Assembly: GCF_000143415.4 (NCBI RefSeq)
Contig: NW_003314274.1
Location: 1,440,851-1,504,850 of the forward strand
Direction: 5' to 3'
Length of the DNA stretch: 64,000 nucleotides
Origin: Selaginella moellendorffii
Lineage: Eukaryota > Plantae > Lycopodiophyta
The notes under the pieces are model-generated. The model did not search any database. It was not told where the DNA came from and saw nothing but the letters and a program-made list of their open reading frames with translations. Each line of letters starts with the position of its first letter. Within the stretch, counting starts at the first letter, position 1. Below, piece after piece: positions 58,772 to 64,000 of the stretch. The position numbers and the translations under genes are program-made.

Positions 58772-60517
58772 TCAAGTGTAAACATTTGACAATAGCACAT
58801 AAGGTCCGGCATTGTCTGGATCACGATCAAGGATTGCTTGCCCGACTCTAGTTCCCAGATCCACATCCCTCTGCGTCTTGCAAGCGCTGAGCAGCGTCAT
58901 CCAGGTCGCCTCTCGCGGCTCAAACGGCATGGTGCGTATGAGCTCCTCGGCATCCGCCAGCCTCCCAGCCTTCCCGAGGAGAAAGATGACACAAGCGTAG
59001 TTCTCCAGCGTGAGATGCAAGCCATACTCGTGGCTCAAGTGGAAGAAGCACCGCGCGTCCTCGAGCAACCCCGAGTGGCAGCACGCCGCCAGAGCGCTCG
59101 AGATGGTGGCGTCGTCAGGGACCACTCCATCGAGATGCAAGCGCGAGAAGATGTAGAGCGCCTCGTCGCCATGCCCGCTCTCGGCGTAGACCGCCACCAT
59201 CGTGTTCCAGGAGATGATGTTCCGCTGCTCCATCGTCTCAAACACCTCCCGCGCGAGATCCAGGCTCCCGCACTTCCCATACATGTTGATGAGCGCGCTG
59301 GACAGGATCACGTCGAGCTTGAATCCATTGTCGTGGATCACCGAGTGGATGATCCTGGCCTCGGCCATGGACGGATCCGCGGAGCAAGCATCGATGAGGC
59401 TGCCGATCGTCTGCTGGTGTGGAAACTGCCCCTCGAGATCCATGAGCTTGAACAGCCGCATCGCCTCCTTGCCATGCCCGTGCTGGGCATTTGCTGCGAT
59501 TATCGCGGACCAGCTCACAGCGTTCCGGATCGGCATCTCAGAGAAGAGCCGCCGCGCCTCCTCAAGATCACCACTCTGCGCAAGCGCAGTGACCATCCCA
59601 GTCCAGACCACAACGTCGCGGCTGGCGGATCGATCGAAAACTCTCCTCGCGCTGGTGATATCCCCGCTCTGGGCATAAGCTCCAATCATAGCGCTCAGCG
59701 CCACTACGTCACCCGGCGGCGCCGCGCGGTACACCGCCTCAGCGTCACTCGCCCTCCCGAGCTTGCCATACATGATGATCAGCGCGGTCTGGACGATCAC
59801 GTCGCCATCGTCGCCGCGAGCGACAGCCCTGCTGTGCGTGAGCTCCCCTCTCGCGAGATCGCCCAAGTTTCCATAGGCATCGAGGATGCTCGCGATGGTG
59901 TAGTGATTGATCGCGACGCCCTCTTGATCCATGCGCTGGAAGAGCTCCGCGGCCTCGCGGTCGCGGGCGTTTAGAACGTAGGCGGCGATCATCGCGTTCC
60001 AGGAGACGAGGTTGCGGCCTGGCATCTTGGAGAAGAGCTCCAGCGCGAGTTCCAGATGCCCATTCTGGGAAAATGCAGCGATCATCGTTGTCCAGGAGAC
60101 CACATCCCTTTGCGGGGCAAGCATGAAGAGATTGCCAGCGTCGCGGACGCGATCATTGTGGATGTAGGCGGCCATCATGATGTTCCAGGAGAAGACGTTC
60201 GGGTATGGGATGCCATCGAAGATCTTGCGCGCGTCGGCGATGGCGCCGCAGTTGCCATACATCTCGATGAGGAGATTGCGGAGGTATCGGCTGTGGCGCT
60301 GGGAGCTGGCGAGGATCTGCGAGTGCGTTTCCCTGCCACGGACCAAATCCCGGGTTTTCGAGCAAGAACGTAGCACTCTCGCGAATTCGTCTTGCTGGGC
60401 GAGATCGTCGTCGATCGGCGATGGCGGTGATCGTGGCGCTGGAGCTGCTGCTGCCACTGCTGGATTGAGAGAAAACTTCTCGAGCATCGCCGTCGCCATC
60501 CTCGAGGAACTTCTCAT
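58772..60517 (-). CDS. PLS/E-class pentatricopeptide repeat protein
   Basis: 581-aa ORF with PPR motifs and E domain MPFEPREATWMTLLSAC...PYVLLSNVY. Confidence 0.92.
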   Translation of the reverse strand: MRSSSRMATAMLEKFSLNPAVAAAAPAPRSPPSPIDDDLAQQDEFARVLRSCSKTRDLVRGRETHSQILASSQRHSRYLRNLLIEMYGNCGAIADARKIFDGIPYPNVFSWNIMMAAYIHNDRVRDAGNLFMLAPQRDVVSWTTMIAAFSQNGHLELALELFSKMPGRNLVSWNAMIAAYVLNARDREAAELFQRMDQEGVAINHYTIASILDAYGNLGDLARGELTHSRAVARGDDGDVIVQTALIIMYGKLGRASDAEAVYRAAPPGDVVALSAMIGAYAQSGDITSARRVFDRSASRDVVVWTGMVTALAQSGDLEEARRLFSEMPIRNAVSWSAIIAANAQHGHGKEAMRLFKLMDLEGQFPHQQTIGSLIDACSADPSMAEARIIHSVIHDNGFKLDVILSSALINMYGKCGSLDLAREVFETMEQRNIISWNTMVAVYAESGHGDEALYIFSRLHLDGVVPDDATISSALAACCHSGLLEDARCFFHLSHEYGLHLTLENYACVIFLLGKAGRLADAEELIRTMPFEPREATWMTLLSACKTQRDVDLGTRVGQAILDRDPDNAGPYVLLSNVYT

Positions 60518-60523
60518 CCAGAT

Positions 60524-62494
60524 TCATAGCAACACTTCCACTTCCTTGACGCTTGGAGTAGAAGAGTGATCATCCCCGTTAGAAGTTCTTCCAAGCTTCT
60601 TGGAAGAACAAATGCTAGAGAGGAGCACGTAAGGCGCTGGATTCCCTGGATCGAGCCTAAACACATTGTCCGCGGCAACCGTGCCCCTCTCTCGATCGCC
60701 ATGGAGCTTGCAAGCTCCCAGCAGCGTCATCCAGCACAGAGAATCCGGCTCAAACGGCATGAGCCCGATCAGATCCTCCGCCTCTTGCAGCCACCCGGCC
60801 CGGCCGAGGATATCGATGACGCAAACGAAGTGATCCAGCTCCAGCAACCCGCGGTAGTCGATCAAGATCGAGACCAAGTACCCGGCAGCTCCTCCTCGCG
60901 CCAGCCCCGTGTGGCTAAACGCCGTGAGCGTGTTGATGAGCGTCACCCCGCTCGGCTCCTCGCCCTGGAGATGCATCATCTGGAAGAACCGCAGCGCCGC
61001 GGAGCCGAGGCCGAAGCTCGCGTGGATCGCGATGATCGAGTTCCAGGTGACTTCGCTCTTCACCGGCATGGCGTGGAAGATCTCGGCTGCTCGTCCCAGG
61101 CAGCCACAGTTTGCGTACAAGTTGACGAGCGCGGTGGCGAGCACGACGTCGTCCGCGTAGCCAGCGGTGGCGGCGAGGCCGTGGATGATCTTGCCCTGAG
61201 CGAGCGCCAGATTGCCAGCGCATGCATCCAGCGCGGCCACGAAGGTGATCAGGTTTGGAGCCGCGCCTTCTAAGTTCATGATCGCGTAGAGCATGAACGC
61301 CTCTCGAGTGTTGGAGTTGTGGACGTAGCCGGAGATGAGCGCGTTCCAAGTCACGGTGTTCCTCTCGTCCATCCCCGCGAAGACGATCCAGGCCTCCTCC
61401 ATGCTGCTGCAGTTGCCATACATGTTGATCAAAGCGGTCGCCACCACGACGTGAGAGACGAGCCTGTTCTTGCTCGAGATGCTCGAGTGGACGATTCTGC
61501 CTTGAGTGACCTTGGCTGTGCTGCCGCAGACGGTGAGCAGCGCGATGATCGTCACGTCGTTCGGCTCCATCCCTTCCACATCCATCAGCCCCAGCATCGC
61601 CACTGCTCGATCGCACTCCCCCGCTTCGGAGTAGGCCGTGATCATCGCGTTCCAGGACACCAAGTTCCGCTTTGGCATCGTGTCAAACGCCACCTTTGCT
61701 TGCTGCAAATGCCCAGTCCTAGAAAACGCAGTGATCATCGCGTTCCAAGACACCACATCGCGCACCGGCATTGTCTGGAAGATCTTTCTCGCCTTTTCGA
61801 TTTTTCCAGCGTCGGCGTACGATGCGATCATTGTGTTCCACGATGCCACATCCTTGTCTGGGATCTTGGCAAAGATCTCTTCCGCGTGATCAAAATCTCC
61901 AGCCTGGGCATATGCCACGAGCATGATGTTCCAGGACACTGCGTTTGGATCGATGATCTTATCAAACATCTCGCGCGCTTCGATCAAACGCCCGTAGTGA
62001 ACGAGCGCCGCCGTGATCGTGTTCCAGCTCACCACTGTTCGCTGCGGCATCTTGTCGAACAAAACCTTCGCTTCGTCAAGCTGCCCATACGCGGCATATG
62101 CTGCGAGAATGGTGTTCCACGACACCACGTCTTTCAACGGCATCCGGTCGAACACGTCGCGGGCGTCCTCGATCCGACGGCTGTGTGCGTACGCGGCCAT
62201 CATGATGTTCCACGAGAAGACGTTCTTGGAGGGGATCGAATCGAAGACGCGACGCGCCTCGTCCGGGCTGCCGCATTTGCCATACATCTCCATGGCGAGA
62301 TTCTGGAGAAATTTGTTCTGGCGATGCTCGGTGGCGATTATCCTTCGATGGATCCGTCGTCCTGTCGAGAGATCCTGGGAGCGCGCGCACGATCGCAGGA
62401 GCGCTGCATAGAACGCCGGCGAATTCTTCTCGTCGGCGGTGGAAGTTCTCAACTCCATTCGAGAAATCCCTTCCCTCCATGCGAGAAATTCCAA
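60524..62494 (-). CDS. PLS/E-class pentatricopeptide repeat protein with a long run of short (S-type) repeats
   Basis: 656-aa ORF with ~7 consecutive 31-aa VVSWNxMxxAYA repeats and E domain MPFEPDSLCWMTLLGAC...PYVLLS. Confidence 0.92.
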   Translation of the reverse strand: MEFLAWREGISRMELRTSTADEKNSPAFYAALLRSCARSQDLSTGRRIHRRIIATEHRQNKFLQNLAMEMYGKCGSPDEARRVFDSIPSKNVFSWNIMMAAYAHSRRIEDARDVFDRMPLKDVVSWNTILAAYAAYGQLDEAKVLFDKMPQRTVVSWNTITAALVHYGRLIEAREMFDKIIDPNAVSWNIMLVAYAQAGDFDHAEEIFAKIPDKDVASWNTMIASYADAGKIEKARKIFQTMPVRDVVSWNAMITAFSRTGHLQQAKVAFDTMPKRNLVSWNAMITAYSEAGECDRAVAMLGLMDVEGMEPNDVTIIALLTVCGSTAKVTQGRIVHSSISSKNRLVSHVVVATALINMYGNCSSMEEAWIVFAGMDERNTVTWNALISGYVHNSNTREAFMLYAIMNLEGAAPNLITFVAALDACAGNLALAQGKIIHGLAATAGYADDVVLATALVNLYANCGCLGRAAEIFHAMPVKSEVTWNSIIAIHASFGLGSAALRFFQMMHLQGEEPSGVTLINTLTAFSHTGLARGGAAGYLVSILIDYRGLLELDHFVCVIDILGRAGWLQEAEDLIGLMPFEPDSLCWMTLLGACKLHGDRERGTVAADNVFRLDPGNPAPYVLLSSICSSKKLGRTSNGDDHSSTPSVKEVEVLL

Positions 62495-62572
62495 GATGCC
62501 CCAAATCCATGCAAAGAAAAGACCTAATCCCCTGTTCTTTTGAATTAGGGTTCTAGGGAAGGAAGCGAGAGA

Positions 62573-63281
62573 ATGACCGCGTCAGGGCCGAAGAACGAGG
62601 AAGGCGGCGAGCAGCGCCATCTGCAAGGAGGCACGCAGCTGGGAGTTCCAGCTTACTATGGCACATTTCAGGGAAATCCCAGCTTCCCGCAGCCAGTACA
62701 CCCTAGTCAGTACGAGCAGCAGCAGCAGCAGCAGCAGCAGGAATATCACCCGGGCTACGTTTCTTCTCAAGGTACCTCTTGATCGATTCATCTCTTTGAG
62801 CTCAATCGCGCTCTAGATCTAGATATTTCGTCCTGGACAAAGGATCTCTAAAGAAATCTCTCTTTTTTTTTCGGTTCTTTGCTTGTGTAACAGGATACGA
62901 GAGAATCGATCACTATCAGCATCACGATAGGCTTCCGTGTTGCGGGCTTGGAATTGGATGGTGTCTGTAAGTCTTCGGCTCGCTCTGTTTTTTTTTTTTT
63001 CTCTTTCCTTGCTTGAAACTTCTTTCGATATGATGTTTGAATCGCTCACACTGTTTTGGCTTGTAGTTTCATCCTTGGCTTTTTGACGCTTTCGCTTCCC
63101 TGGTTCGTGGGGGCTTTCATTTTCTTTTGCATCAAGACGGACGCGAGAGAACACGTCGGGCTTGCAGCGTGTGCCATTGCAGTAAGTCTTTCTGGTGTTC
63201 ACGCATTCACTGATTTACTCCGCAAAACAGGCACTCATGGCTCTCCTCGTCGGTGGCAGCAAAGGGATCCATATGTGGTAG
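62573..63281 (+). CDS. '60S ribosomal protein L18a-like' plant membrane protein family (RLPCCGxGIGW type), 4 exons
   Basis: Exons 62573-62771, 62894-62966, 63067-63181 and 63231-63281 with GT-AG introns give YYGTFQG...RLPCCGLGIGWCLFILGF...PWFVG...DAREHVGLAACAIA. Poly-Q (CAG) tract in exon 1. Confidence 0.82.
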
Positions 63282-63517
63282 ACGTAAGAGGCACGCACGC
63301 ACGCTACGCATGTAAATAAGCTAAGTCATTTGCGAATCTAAACATACTTTTCTTCGGAAACTCGAGCTCGTCGAGATTTTCAAACGTTAACAGTGGCGCG
63401 GAAAGTCCCCCGACGATAGACATGATCTACAGTGTGAGACGAAGCGACTGACGGGAAAACCAGACTTTATTCCAGATGAGATATGCTACAAGAGAAAACT
63501 CTACGGTGGCGACCATC

Positions 63518-63973
63518 TCAAGCAAGTCTGTCCAGACCCCCGGCTTCGATCTTTGGAACCGTGACAAGGAGAACTTCGTCCGAGTACTCCACCCGGGTCG
63601 CCTCTGGCGAGGTCGTGGGTGGGAGCCGAAACCTCCAGCAGTCGACCTGATTCTCGTCGGAAGAAGAAGATAGCAGCCCGACCACCACTTTGACAGCTCC
63701 AGGGACGATCTCGAGAACTTGGACCCGGACATCCTCCGCCGCCAGGCCCGAGTGCTGGATCGCAAACATGTAACACTCCGGAGTCTCGTGGACCTCGACG
63801 TCCTTGTCCGATCGAAAGGGGAGCTGGAGAACTTTGGCAAACAGGTGTGGCATCCGCTTGAGTGGCTTGCTGCTCGTCACGGTGGATGGAACGGCGCTGG
63901 CGGCGGCCTCGATATCATAGACGACGACCATCGTTTGCCTCCTGTTTAGCGGATGTACCTTAGCTACTGTCAT
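63518..63973 (-). CDS. HSP20/alpha-crystallin-like plant protein
   Basis: MTVAKVHP...LKRMPHLFAKVLQLPFRSD...WRFRLP...LLVTVPK, the pattern of the plant ACD-like 'class II HSP-like' family. Confidence 0.75.
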   Translation of the reverse strand: MTVAKVHPLNRRQTMVVVYDIEAAASAVPSTVTSSKPLKRMPHLFAKVLQLPFRSDKDVEVHETPECYMFAIQHSGLAAEDVRVQVLEIVPGAVKVVVGLLSSSSDENQVDCWRFRLPPTTSPEATRVEYSDEVLLVTVPKIEAGGLDRLA

Positions 63974-64000
63974 AGCTCTGGAGAAATTTTTTTCTTTCCT

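Overview
Eukaryotic plant nuclear DNA, most likely a lycophyte such as Selaginella. This is inferred from the PLS-type PPR gene style, ~50-120-nt introns and very short intergenic spacers, and is not proven. Intact-looking genes: four intronless PLS/E-class PPR genes, a multi-exon aldo/keto reductase, an intronless Crinkler/RHS-type P-loop NTPase + restriction-endonuclease-fold gene, an acidic MiAMP1-like secreted peptide, an 'RPL18a-like' membrane protein and an HSP20-like protein. About half of the window is transposon: a decayed Gypsy (3328-8261), a hAT deletion derivative (8862-9853), two copies of a non-coding LARD-like LTR element with microsatellite-bearing LTRs (9926-17479, 39870-52684), a scrambled LTR element with antisense pol blocks (34329-39501), and a Tcn1/sushi-like chromovirus (39910-45477) nested in a LARD LTR. 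The chromovirus shows a clear self-priming PBS and a -1 frameshift signal. Three of these TEs (hAT, LARD copy 1, scrambled element) sit inside PPR pseudogenes whose paralogs elsewhere in the window show the empty sites. Best leads: the header-less CRN-type NTPase-nuclease gene bracketed by inverted fungal-type FAD-oxidase fragments; operon-like PPR spacing (6 bp and 27 bp); the self-priming chromovirus; a five-hairpin tRNA-T-arm-like RNA module in the LARDs; and the scrambled element with an LTR-LTR junction. All family assignments are from motif recognition by eye; no database searches were run.
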